DNA of 64,000 nucleotides from Pyrinomonadaceae bacterium (GTDB lineage: Bacteria > Acidobacteriota > Blastocatellia > Pyrinomonadales > Pyrinomonadaceae): contig JBHELZ010000004.1 in NCBI GenBank assembly GCA_046262835.1, positions 110,336-174,335 on the forward strand. Reading direction: 5' to 3'. The notes below the pieces were generated by a model. That model did not search any database. It was not told the origin of the DNA and worked only from the letters and a program-made list of their open reading frames with translations. Within the stretch, counting starts at the first letter, position 1. The number at the start of each line of letters is the position of its first letter. The position numbers and the translations under genes were made by a program. Shown in pieces: positions 17,184 through 26,116 of the stretch.

Positions 17184-17924
17184 CTATGGGCTCGGCTTCT
17201 TCACGTGCGGGGGCTCGTACTGTTCGCCATATTCCGGGTACTCGATGGTCACAAATTCTCCCGGCCGAGTGTTCTGACTTAATAACCCGAGCGCATCCAG
17301 TAAAACTTTTTCTTGCAGGCCCCGCATGCCCGGACGCCCCAAACTGTTTCCAATTTTGAATCCCTTCGGATAAAGCGCGCGTGGCGGCCGCATCTGGGCG
17401 GAAACTTCGGGACTGACGGTGACCAGGACGGTCGGGATGCCTTTCATTTCGATTTCACGTTGAACCGCGACGACCGTGCGGTGGCAAACGTTGGGTCAAC
17501 CACCGGTGAGCACAACAGCATCTGCGCGCGAACCCCGATCGATCTCATTCGCGATCTCGCGCGCCGTGCCTTCATACATCGCCTTGAGTTGCATGGTGTA
17601 ACCCATGTAGCCGATATGCTTTTTAGCGATGCCGCCGATTATGCCGTCACTTTCCAGGGCCCGGAGAACATCGATCGGAAACACGACATTAATGTCTTCG
17701 TCCGCGTCCGCGTGATCGTAGTGATGATGCGTCACCATCAATTGAGCGGAATCAACGTCAGACGGGATTTCGCGATAAGTCAGATCGCCAAGCTCGTCGG
17801 CAATATTAAAGGGATCCTGATCTTTCAAGTGCACCCCACCCGCTGTGACAATCGCAATGGTGCTTTTAGAAAGCTCACGATCGAATGGAGTGAAAGGAAC
17901 ACATTTGCGTGAAAGTGTGGTCAT
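17184..17924 (-). CDS. glycine/sarcosine/betaine/D-proline reductase family selenoprotein B-like protein (PrdB-sized), UGA at 17496-17498
   Basis: ORFs 17496..17924 and 17184..17447 are in the same frame (741 nt = 247 codons) and are joined by one TGA: ...RADAVVLTGG-U-PNVCHRTVVAVQREIEMKGIPTVLVT.... This continuity across the stop is typical of the GrdB/PrdB selenoprotein family. Confidence 0.6.
17464..17482 (-). promoter_or_regulatory. candidate SECIS-like hairpin downstream of UGA 17496-17498
   Basis: mRNA ACCGC-ACGGUCGUC-GCGGU gives a 5-bp stem and a 9-nt loop containing GGUC. It starts 13 nt after the UGA. Hand-folded. Confidence 0.3.
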
Positions 17925-18487
17925 GAACTAACCGCCGTTTCATTCGGACAACATCCTTGATTCGTTGTTCCAGAACAGTAAGCTCTCGAGGGTAAGATGA
18001 ACCGTCGCGTCGCGCCGACCGTGTGAACGATTCTTTTTGATTTGCCGTTGAACCTGAACGAGGTCACCATGCCTACTTTGCTGCAATTGGGTCCCCGCCA
18101 CAGAATACCCACTTTCTTCGGTCTAATTACCGTTCATCGAGAGACAATCTATTAGCGCAATTGAAGAACGAGTTCGTTGAACTATTCAACGGCTAATCCT
18201 TTCCCTCACCCGCAAGATATCAAATTCAAAGCCAGTCTCATTTGAATCGCGACTCTGGCTTCAGCAGTGATTGTTATCAACAAACCAGACTCTTCTAATG
18301 CTATCCGGGTGTCCGAAGGTAATAACCCAGCATGAAATCGTTGAGGCCTATGAGCATTTGCTGCACCAACGCAATGGCCGGCACGAACCAGAGAATTAGT
18401 ATTCGAGCAGTCATATTGGTCGCGGGGCTGAACTGAGCCTTTAGCTCAGATTCCAGCCGCCCGATCAAACAACACACTCGATCAAGT

Positions 18488-18952
18488 TCACAGTTTCCTT
18501 AAGACTTCGAAAAGATCTTCATTGTCCGGCTGATCGGAAATGTTGTGGATGTCTTTGTAAGCGATTTTGCCGTCTTTACCGACAATGAAGATCGCCCGCT
18601 CAGAGATCCCATCGTTAGCTCGATAAGCTCCATAGGCTTTGGCTACTTCACCTTTGGGATGGAAGTCGCTGAGAAGATCGTAGGAAAGTCCACCGAGGCT
18701 TTTGGCCCAGGCGGTGTTACAGGGAACGCTGTCAACTGAAATGCCCAGAACCTGAGCATGATAGCCCGAGAAGCGGTCGATGTCGGCCTCGTACGCGGGC
18801 ATCTGCGCCGTTCAGACCGGTGTCCAGGCGAGGGGATAAAACGCGATGACCACATTCTTTTGACCGCGGAAATCCGAGAGCCGCACCTTCTTATCTTTCT
18901 CCAGGTGACTCTTCAACTCGAAATCCGGCGCCATATCTCCAACTTCAGGCAT
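18488..18952 (-). CDS. peroxiredoxin (AhpE/BCP-like) with selenocysteine at the peroxidatic position, UGA at 18812-18814
   Basis: The ORF track shows only the C-terminal 104 aa. Extending in frame through the TGA gives [61 protein letters not shown].... The UGA sits exactly where Prx proteins have the catalytic Cys (compare FYPLDFTFVCPTE in the neighbouring 2-Cys Prx). 465 nt is a multiple of 3. RBS ggagga lies upstream of the ATG at 18952. Confidence 0.75.
18779..18803 (-). promoter_or_regulatory. candidate SECIS-like hairpin downstream of UGA 18812-18814
   Basis: mRNA GAUGCC-CGCGUACGA-GGC(CGA)CAUC gives 7 bp with a 3-nt bulge and a loop containing GU. It starts 8 nt after the UGA. Hand-folded and weak. 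Confidence 0.25.
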
Positions 18953-19185
18953 GGTGAGTTCCTCCTATTAATGACAAATGAATTGTTTGGCTTTCCGCAC
19001 CAGATTAACGCGTTTGCAAAGGTCAATCAAGCGCTTCCCGGGCTTCATTACCAGACTGCGCGGTCGTAGTGCCCTTGTGATGTGGTAGGCGCATGTTGCC
19101 GGGGGTCTTTCCAGCCGGGACGCGGTGCGACTCTCAAGTTGCAGTTGCCGCGGCCCTTCGGGCTTGACACTCAATTTAGAATTAT

Positions 19186-19195
19186 TGTAATTACA
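19186..19195. promoter_or_regulatory. AT-rich palindrome, possible Fur/PerR-family operator
   Basis: TGTAATTACA is a perfect 10-bp palindrome within ttagaattattgtaattacattc, ending 3 nt before the PerR-like ATG and lying in the divergent region shared with the Sec-peroxiredoxin. Confidence 0.3.
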
Positions 19196-19198
19196 TTC

Positions 19199-19621
19199 AT
19201 GGCCCGGAACGTCAGAGAGCCGCCAGAGATCCCGTTGACGCGTCAACGCAGGGTTGTGCTTGAGGTGATAAACGCGGAGAAGGATCATCCTACCGCGGCC
19301 GAGGTGTTCGATTCCGCGCGCCGGAAGATGCCCGGAATCAGCTTTGCCACCGTTTATAACTCGCTCAGGTATCTGAAAGACTCAGGCCTGGTGCGCGAGA
19401 TTGCGTTCGGCAGCGGCGCCAGCCGCTACGACCGCGAAACCGACCGGCACGATCATGCGCTATGTTCCGAATGCGGAAAGCTGGTTGATTTCGATCTACC
19501 CGGCACGGTTGCCCTGACTCGTTCGGCCGCGCGGGCGTCTAAATTCAAAGCACAGTCGGTCCACTTAACGCTGGTGGGTCTTTGCCCGAAATGCCGCCAC
19601 AGTAAGCCGGGTTCGTCTTAA
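19199..19621 (+). CDS. Fur family transcriptional regulator (PerR-like)
   Basis: Start taken at the internal ATG 19199 (MARNVREPPEIPLTRQRRVVLEVI...). Winged-helix segment ATVYNSLRYLKDSGLV, HDHALCSECGKLVDF and CPKC (two CxxC pairs). Sits between two peroxiredoxin genes. Confidence 0.8.
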   Translation: MARNVREPPEIPLTRQRRVVLEVINAEKDHPTAAEVFDSARRKMPGISFATVYNSLRYLKDSGLVREIAFGSGASRYDRETDRHDHALCSECGKLVDFDLPGTVALTRSAARASKFKAQSVHLTLVGLCPKCRHSKPGSS

Positions 19622-19682
19622 TTTTTCGAAACGTCGTGATGCACAATGCGTCGCCGCAAACATAACACTTAGAGGAGGAAGA

Positions 19683-20252
19683 ATGTCAGCAGCAGTAGCA
19701 ACAGCTTATGAATCAGCCCAGGTCGGACAGCCCGCACCTGATTTTGAAGTTCCATCAACCAAGAATATTGAAAAACTGAATGAACCGGTAAAGCTTTCGG
19801 ATTATCGAGGCAGGTGGGTGGTTCTGCTTTTTTACCCATTGGACTTTACCTTCGTTTGTCCCACTGAACTTACCACCTTCAGCGATCGCTATGCCGATTT
19901 CGAAGGTGTCGGGGCCGAAGTCATTGGAGTCTCGACTGACTCAGCGTTTTCGCATCGCGCGTGGTTGCAAACGCCACGTGACAAAGGCGGCGTCGAAGGG
20001 CTGCGTTTTCCACTCGGCGCGGACATTACGAAAAAAATGTCGAAGGATTATGGTGTGCTGATCGAGGATCGCGGAATCGCACTGCGCGGCCTGTTCATTA
20101 TTGATCCGGAAGGCGTGCTGCGCTACAAAGTCATCCACGATCTGAACATTGGCCGGTCGGCGGAAGAAACGTTGCGCGTGATTCAGGCGTTACAGACCGG
20201 TGGTCTTTGCCAGGCTGAATGGCGGCCGGGCCAGGAAACCATCAAGGCGTAA
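19683..20252 (+). CDS. typical 2-Cys peroxiredoxin (AhpC/Prx1 subfamily)
   Basis: 189 aa with FYPLDFTFVCPTEL and a C-terminal resolving Cys (GGLCQAEW). Strong RBS aggagga. Confidence 0.9.
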   Translation: MSAAVATAYESAQVGQPAPDFEVPSTKNIEKLNEPVKLSDYRGRWVVLLFYPLDFTFVCPTELTTFSDRYADFEGVGAEVIGVSTDSAFSHRAWLQTPRDKGGVEGLRFPLGADITKKMSKDYGVLIEDRGIALRGLFIIDPEGVLRYKVIHDLNIGRSAEETLRVIQALQTGGLCQAEWRPGQETIKA

Positions 20253-20267
20253 ACGAACAGCTCAGAA

Positions 20268-20290
20268 GCCCGCGCGTAAGCGGGCCTTTT
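20268..20290 (+). terminator. rho-independent terminator candidate after the 2-Cys Prx gene
   Basis: gcccgc-gcgtaa-gcgggc followed by ctttt, 16 nt after the stop codon. Confidence 0.5.
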
Positions 20291-20308
20291 CGCAAGTTGG
20301 CCCTCCGT

Positions 20309-20323
20309 CGGGCTTCTGACACT
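20309..20323 (+). repeat. 15-mer CGGGCTTCTGACACT, copy 1
   Basis: Identical 15-mer also at 24470-24484. Its inverted partner tcagaagcccg lies at 20262-20272. It ends 18 nt upstream of the ATG at 20341. Confidence 0.6.
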
Positions 20324-20340
20324 TCCCGGGAGACCTAATT

Positions 20341-20817
20341 ATGCCGATGAGAATTGGGACCCTCATGCCTCCGCTGACAGGCGCAACTGAATGGCTCGCC
20401 GGCTCGGCGGAAGAGGCTTTGAAAGAAGCGGCCGGCCGGCCCCTGTTGATCCATTTCTGGTCTATCAGCTGCGGAATGTGCAAAGACAACTTGCCGCGCG
20501 TCGCTGAATGGCGAGAAAAATATCGGGACACAGGGTTCCGGGTAATCGCGATTCATATGCCGCGCTATCCCGGAGACGCGAACATCGACGCGGTGCGCGA
20601 AGCTGCCGCGAAATACGGAATCATTGAGCCGCTGGCAATCGACAACGAGCACAAGCTGCGCGACGCTTTTCAAAACGAGCACGGCTATGTCCCTGCTTAC
20701 TATTTATTCGACGAGCAGCACAAATTGAAAAGCTTTGCCGCCGGGGAATACGGGGTGAAGGTGATGGAGCCGGCGATTCAGCGCTTAATAAGCGGCGCGA
20801 GTGTGGCGCAAGTTTGA
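20341..20817 (+). CDS. thioredoxin-like (TlpA/redoxin family) protein
   Basis: 158 aa with LIHFWSISCGMCKDNLP (CxxC active site in a thioredoxin-fold context). Confidence 0.7.
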   Translation: MPMRIGTLMPPLTGATEWLAGSAEEALKEAAGRPLLIHFWSISCGMCKDNLPRVAEWREKYRDTGFRVIAIHMPRYPGDANIDAVREAAAKYGIIEPLAIDNEHKLRDAFQNEHGYVPAYYLFDEQHKLKSFAAGEYGVKVMEPAIQRLISGASVAQV

Positions 20818-21044
20818 CGTGAATTCGGATCAGCCGTCCTGACCAAGGGTCCTCTGCCCGCGTCGTTGGGAGCCAGAGCTCTATCAGACTCGACAATTGG
20901 AATGGATCATTGACCTGCCGCTCGCAAAAGAGCTTCGGTAAAGCCAACTTCGGCAGTCTCCATTAATATCTCGTCCCTTCAAAACCGCGTCCCACGCGTT
21001 CTTGCAATCGCGCCTTATCGGTAAGGAACGAATAGCTCCGATTG

Positions 21045-22886
21045 TTACAACCTGCAAATCAACAATTCGCGCTCGTAGATCATTTCCGGCGGCAGTCGAT
21101 CGTGCAGATCGAGGAACAGTTCTTCCTGGCCCAGAACTTCCTGACGCCACCCAGCGCGATCAAATGCTTGTAGCTCGTCAAACTTGTCCTTCGTGAAATC
21201 CATGCCGCGCCACTCGATGTCCGCATAATGCGGCGTCCAGCCGATGGGCGTCTCTTTGCCAAGCGAGCGACCATGCGCGCGATCGACAACCCACTTCAGC
21301 ACGCGCATGTTTTCACTAAAGCCCGGCCACATAAAGTTCCCGTCCTTATCTTTGCGGAACCAATTGACGTGAAAGATCTTTGGCGTTTCATCCAGCGAGC
21401 GCTGCATTTTGATCCAGTGCCGGAAATAATCGCCCATGTGATACCCGCAGAAAGGGAGCATGGCCATCGGATCGCGGCGGACTTTTCCGATGATTCCGGC
21501 CGCCGCGGCAGTCATCTCTGATCCCATAGTCGCTCCGATGTAAACGCCCGACGTCCAGTTGAATGATTGATAGACCAGCGGCATCGTCGTCGCGCGCCTT
21601 CCACCGAAGATAATTGCACTGATCGGAACGCCGTTCGGGTTCTCCCAATCAGGATCGATCGTCGGACATTGCGAAGCCGGCGCCGTAAACCGAGCATTTG
21701 GATGGGCGGCTTTGGCGCCAGTCTCTTTGCCGATTTCCGGCGTCCATTTGTTCCCTTTCCAGTCTGTGCATTCGGCCGGCGGCTCTTCAGTCATGCCTTC
21801 CCACCACACGCCGCCGTCGCGAGTCAGCGCGACATTTGTAAAAATAGAGTTAGTCGCCAATGTCGCCATGGCATTCGGATTTGTTTTCACTGAAGTGCCG
21901 GGCGCGACGCCAAAGAATCCGGCCTCAGGATTGATTGCATGCAAGCGTCCGTTCGCATCGGGTTTGATCCAGGCAATGTCATCACCCACGGTGTAAACCT
22001 TCCAGCCTTCGAACCCCGCGGGCGGAATCAGCATCGCGAAATTTGTCTTGCCGCACGCGCTCGGGAACGCCGCCGTGACGTAGGTCTTTTCACCTTGCGG
22101 ATTCTCGACGCCGACGATCAGCATGTGTTCGGCCAACCAACCTTCGTCACGCGCGACGTTTGAAGCGATGCGCAGCGCAAAACACTTTTTACCCAGCAAG
22201 GCATTGCCGCCATAGCCGGATCCGAAGGACCAGATCTCGCGCGTCTCGGGAAAGTGCACAATGTACTTTTCTTTATTGCACGGCCATGGGACGTCTTTCT
22301 CTCCGTTTGCGAGCGGCGCCCCGATTGAGTGCATGCAGGGCACCACGCGTTTGTAGTCCTTATCGATCTCGGCATACACCGGCATGCCAATTCGGGCCAT
22401 GATGCGCATGTTTACGACCACGTAGGGCGAATCGGTAAGCTGCACGCCAATCTGTGACATCGGCGATCCCACCGGGCCCATGCTGAACGGCAGGACGTAC
22501 ATAGTGCGACCACGCATCGAGCCATCGAAGAGTTCCTTCAAGCGGCGCCGCATGGCAAACGGCTCTTCCCAATTGTTGGTCGGGCCCGCCGCATCTTTGG
22601 AAAGCGAACAGATGAAGGTGCGATCTTCGACCCGGGCGACGTCGCTTGCGTCCGAACGCGCGTAATAACATCCGGGCCACAGCTTTTCGTTTAGTTTAAT
22701 AAACGTCCCGCTCTCAACCATCTGGGCTTTCAGGGCCTCATCCTCTTCGACTGAGCCATCGACCCAATGAATCGCGGTGGGCTTGGTCAAATTCGCCATC
22801 TTCTCGACCCAATTGAGCAGATGCACATTGGTGCTCAAAGGGGCCGACGGATCGCGTTCGATGGTCTTTTGTACAGGAGAACTCAT
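21045..22886 (-). CDS. pckG: phosphoenolpyruvate carboxykinase (GTP)
   Basis: GTP-PEPCK motifs FPSACGKTN and [14 protein letters not shown]. Start taken at MSSPVQKT (ATG 22886) rather than the ORF-track 22964. Confidence 0.9.
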   Translation of the reverse strand: MSSPVQKTIERDPSAPLSTNVHLLNWVEKMANLTKPTAIHWVDGSVEEDEALKAQMVESGTFIKLNEKLWPGCYYARSDASDVARVEDRTFICSLSKDAAGPTNNWEEPFAMRRRLKELFDGSMRGRTMYVLPFSMGPVGSPMSQIGVQLTDSPYVVVNMRIMARIGMPVYAEIDKDYKRVVPCMHSIGAPLANGEKDVPWPCNKEKYIVHFPETREIWSFGSGYGGNALLGKKCFALRIASNVARDEGWLAEHMLIVGVENPQGEKTYVTAAFPSACGKTNFAMLIPPAGFEGWKVYTVGDDIAWIKPDANGRLHAINPEAGFFGVAPGTSVKTNPNAMATLATNSIFTNVALTRDGGVWWEGMTEEPPAECTDWKGNKWTPEIGKETGAKAAHPNARFTAPASQCPTIDPDWENPNGVPISAIIFGGRRATTMPLVYQSFNWTSGVYIGATMGSEMTAAAAGIIGKVRRDPMAMLPFCGYHMGDYFRHWIKMQRSLDETPKIFHVNWFRKDKDGNFMWPGFSENMRVLKWVVDRAHGRSLGKETPIGWTPHYADIEWRGMDFTKDKFDELQAFDRAGWRQEVLGQEELFLDLHDRLPPEMIYERELLICRL

Positions 22887-23146
22887 TGGCTGCTCCAATC
22901 TTTGGAATATGAATGCAAATTGTTTGATTAAACCAAGTGTTACATCAGAGGGATACAGAATCAAGTGGCTGTGAAGTTCGTTGACCGGCGTCCCCCGGTA
23001 GGCCCTAAGCGCCGCTTCGGCTTAGCCATGGCCGTCAAGTCCGTGGCCACACTCGTCAATCAAATCATTGGGAGTGCATCAAAACGCCCCCGGCTTGAGA
23101 CACTCTCAGCCTGACAAATCAGCCGGCTTCTGCTATTGCTTTTCAG

Positions 23147-23794
23147 ATGATCGGCCCGCCCCCTCGTGCAGCTTTTACTCCAAAGGAATTTCGGCTAGTC
23201 GAACGTCTTAACACTCCGGCTAAAGTGCAGGCGTGGCTGACCGCGATGCCCTATAACTGGGAGCGGGCCGGCGGCACGATGCGCTCGTTCCGCGAGGTTG
23301 TGACAAGAAATGAAGCGCATTGCCTGGAAGCATCGGTGGCGGCGGCAGTCATCCTGGAGCAACACGGCTTTCCGCCGCTGCTGCTTGATCTGGAATCGAT
23401 TGATTTATTGGACCACGTCATCTTCGTATTTCAACAAAGGGGGGCATGGGGATCCATTGCACGCTCGCGCGATATCGGCTTGCACGGCCGCAAGCCCGTC
23501 TTTCGAAATCTGCGCGAACTAGTCTGGAGCTACTTCGAGCCTTACATCGATTTGACCGGACGCATCAAAGGGTACGGGCTGACAAGTTTATACGAACTAG
23601 GGGATTATGACTGGCGGTTCAACCGACGGAACATGCATAAGATCGAAGATCACCTGCGGTCCATTCCGCACCAGACGCTTCAATCATCAGACCGGCGTTA
23701 CGACTATTGGCATGAGCGCTATAAGAAATATAAGACGCGGTTTCCCAAACGCTCTCCGTCTTATTATCCAAACCGCCATCAGTGGATGCTCTGA
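23147..23794 (+). CDS. hypothetical protein
   Basis: 215-aa ORF. A possible Cys/His/Asp arrangement (AHCLEAS ... LDHVIFVF) hints at a transglutaminase-like fold, but this is weak. Confidence 0.45.
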   Translation: MIGPPPRAAFTPKEFRLVERLNTPAKVQAWLTAMPYNWERAGGTMRSFREVVTRNEAHCLEASVAAAVILEQHGFPPLLLDLESIDLLDHVIFVFQQRGAWGSIARSRDIGLHGRKPVFRNLRELVWSYFEPYIDLTGRIKGYGLTSLYELGDYDWRFNRRNMHKIEDHLRSIPHQTLQSSDRRYDYWHERYKKYKTRFPKRSPSYYPNRHQWML

Positions 23795-23831
23795 TCGAGT
23801 GATATAATCCGCCCGCCACGCAGGATCATTT

Positions 23832-24425
23832 ATGAACGCTCAATCAATCGGCGAACATTACCTGGAGGATGCGCTGCGAACGTTTCGCGATTACAAGAAA
23901 CTGGCAGAGCGGGCATTTAATCAACCGGACGACGAAGACTTGTTTCGCACGATCGATGACGAATCGAACAGCATTGCCGTCAACATGAAACACATGGCCG
24001 GCAACATGGTTTCGCGTTGGACAGATTTTCTCCTCACAGACGGAGAGAAACCCGAGCGCGATCGTGACATGGAATTCGTCATGTTGCCGGAAACAACCAA
24101 AGTCGCGATGGTCGCGTATTGGAACAAAGGTTGGCAGTGCACGTTTGATGCACTCGAGCCGCTCACGGCAGAGGATCTATTGCGCACAGTCGCGATCCGC
24201 GGTCAGCATCATACGGTAATCCAGGCGATTAACCGGCAACTTGCTCATTACGCTTATCACGTAGGGCAAATCGTCTATCTCGCAAAGCATTTCAAAGCAG
24301 GCGACTGGCAAAGCCTTAGCGTGCCGAAGAATAAATCTGCAGAGTTCAATAAATACCTCGAAGAGAAGATGGGCAGTCCCGACAGTGTCAGAGGTCCGAC
24401 CGTTAGGGAGGGCAAGCAAACATAG
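23832..24425 (+). CDS. DinB-superfamily (DUF1572-like) protein
   Basis: 197 aa with His-containing helices (NMKHMAGN, LAHYAYHVGQIVYL) in the four-helix DinB pattern. Recognised from memory. Confidence 0.6.
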   Translation: MNAQSIGEHYLEDALRTFRDYKKLAERAFNQPDDEDLFRTIDDESNSIAVNMKHMAGNMVSRWTDFLLTDGEKPERDRDMEFVMLPETTKVAMVAYWNKGWQCTFDALEPLTAEDLLRTVAIRGQHHTVIQAINRQLAHYAYHVGQIVYLAKHFKAGDWQSLSVPKNKSAEFNKYLEEKMGSPDSVRGPTVREGKQT

Positions 24426-24469
24426 TGATGCGTCCACGATAAAGATCATTTATGTTGCTCGCTTACGCT

Positions 24470-24484
24470 CGGGCTTCTGACACT
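24470..24484 (+). repeat. 15-mer CGGGCTTCTGACACT, copy 2
   Basis: Exact copy of 20309-20323. The extended 20-mer at 24461-24480 is the reverse complement of 20262-20281 with one mismatch. It ends 11 nt upstream of the ATG at 24495. Confidence 0.6.
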
Positions 24485-24494
24485 ACCAAAAGAG

Positions 24495-24857
24495 ATGGTC
24501 ACTGCGCTTCATCACGTTAACGTCACCGTTTCCAGCGAACAGGAAGCCGCAACGAAGAAATTTTACGGCAGTTTGCTGGGTTTAGAGCAGGTTGCGAAGC
24601 CGGCCGGCTCTCATCAGAGCGGCGCCTGGTATCAGATCGGCGCCAACCAAATTCATCTTTCCCTTGAAGATGGGGCACACGCATCATCGAGTTCGCGGCA
24701 CATATGCTTTTCCGTTTCTGATTTAGCTGAGGCGGAAATTAGATTTCGCGACGCAGGCGTGGAAATTATCCCCGACCCGCGCCCGGTTTCCGGCACGCGA
24801 AGATTTTACGTGCGCGATCCTGGTGGCAACCAACTCGAGATCGTGCAGCAGGCATGA
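24495..24857 (+). CDS. VOC/glyoxalase family protein
   Basis: 120 aa. LHHVNVTV... and ...HICFSV...FYVRDPGGNQLEI fit the glyoxalase/bleomycin-resistance fold pattern. Confidence 0.7.
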   Translation: MVTALHHVNVTVSSEQEAATKKFYGSLLGLEQVAKPAGSHQSGAWYQIGANQIHLSLEDGAHASSSSRHICFSVSDLAEAEIRFRDAGVEIIPDPRPVSGTRRFYVRDPGGNQLEIVQQA

Positions 24858-25252
24858 CCCTTACTTTCATCAATCCTGAATCGCTCGGCGCGCCCAGCGG
24901 CTATGCAAACGGCGTCCTGGCCGATCCTGGCGCCCGCTTGCTTTTCATTGCGGGCCAGATTGGCTGGGACCAGCAACAGCAAATCGTCAGTGACGATTTG
25001 GTCGCGCAATTCGATCGCGCACTCGCGAATGTCATGACGGTTGTGATCGAAGCGGGCGGCCACGTCGAGCAGATCGCGCGGCTAATCATTTATGTTGTGG
25101 ACAAAAATGAATATCGTGGGCGCATGAAAGAAATCGGGGAACGTTATCGCGCGCGCATGGGCAAACATTTTCCGGCAATGGTGCTGGTTCAGGTCGCGGG
25201 TTTATTAGAGGACCGCGCCAAAATTGAGATCGAAGGAATAGCGGCGCTCTGA
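24854..25252 (+). CDS. RidA/YjgF family protein
   Basis: 132 aa with GYANGVLA...LLFIAGQIG and a C-terminal KIEIEGIA. ATGA overlap with the preceding gene. Confidence 0.8.
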   Translation: MTLTFINPESLGAPSGYANGVLADPGARLLFIAGQIGWDQQQQIVSDDLVAQFDRALANVMTVVIEAGGHVEQIARLIIYVVDKNEYRGRMKEIGERYRARMGKHFPAMVLVQVAGLLEDRAKIEIEGIAAL

Positions 25253-25320
25253 ACGCTTGGAGTTCAACCTTTGTAGGGTGCCGGCGCACAGCGAGACACG
25301 CTGAAGCTTGAACTCTGAGC

Positions 25321-26112
25321 ATGCAATCACCGAAATCATTTCTCTACGAGCAACGGGACGGGATCGGTACGATTACGCTCAACCGGCCGGAGCGACTGAA
25401 CGCGATCACGTTCGAGGTCTATCACGAACTGACGGCGTTCCTGGCCGCACTGCGAGATGAAAAAGATGTGCGGGTTGTGATCATTACCGGCGCGGGCCGT
25501 GCGTTTTGTTCGGGCGGCGACGTGCGCGACATCATCGGTGAGCTTCAAGGCCGCGACTCGGAAGGACTCCTTGAGTTCACGCGCCTCACGTGCGACTTGG
25601 TTCGAAACATGCGCGCGCTGCCAAAGCCAATCATCGCCAGCCTTAACGGGACCACAGCCGGTGCGGGAGCCTGCATCGCACTGGCTTCAGACATTCGCAT
25701 CGCGGCTGACGATGCAAAGATCGCATTTATCTTCGTAAAGGTTGGACTGGCGGGAACGGACATGGGCGCAACGTATCTGCTGCCGCGTGTCGTAGGACTG
25801 GCCAAAGCAACTGAATTATTAATGACCGGCGACTTTGTTGAAGCCGGCGAAGCCGAGCGGATCGGACTGTACAATCGAGTAGTGCCGGGCGACGAACTTC
25901 AGCGTGTGACGCGAGAGTTCGCAGAGAAGTTAGCAAGCGGTCCCGCGCTGGGAATCGCGAAAACCAAAGAGATGCTTAATCGTGAATTGCACATGAGTTT
26001 CGAATCCGCCCTTGAGGCCGAAGCTGTAGCCCAGGCGTTGTGCATGCAGACGCCCGACTTCAAAGAAGCGCACGCCGCTTTTATTGAGAAGCGATCCGCG
26101 AAGTTCAAGTAA
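25321..26112 (+). CDS. enoyl-CoA hydratase/isomerase family protein
   Basis: 263 aa with ITLNRPERLNA, ITGAGRAFCSGGD, NGTTAGAGACIALASD. Confidence 0.85.
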   Translation: MQSPKSFLYEQRDGIGTITLNRPERLNAITFEVYHELTAFLAALRDEKDVRVVIITGAGRAFCSGGDVRDIIGELQGRDSEGLLEFTRLTCDLVRNMRALPKPIIASLNGTTAGAGACIALASDIRIAADDAKIAFIFVKVGLAGTDMGATYLLPRVVGLAKATELLMTGDFVEAGEAERIGLYNRVVPGDELQRVTREFAEKLASGPALGIAKTKEMLNRELHMSFESALEAEAVAQALCMQTPDFKEAHAAFIEKRSAKFK

Positions 26113-26116
26113 TTTT

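Noticed and set aside
17925-18487. Possible tRNA-Sec (selC) or other small RNA in the 560-bp gene-free spacer next to the selenoprotein genes
   Set aside because: There is no GTTCGAATC-type T-loop or cloverleaf-compatible inverted repeats. Only one small hairpin (ctgagc-cttta-gctcag, about 18437-18453) was found, without a U-run.
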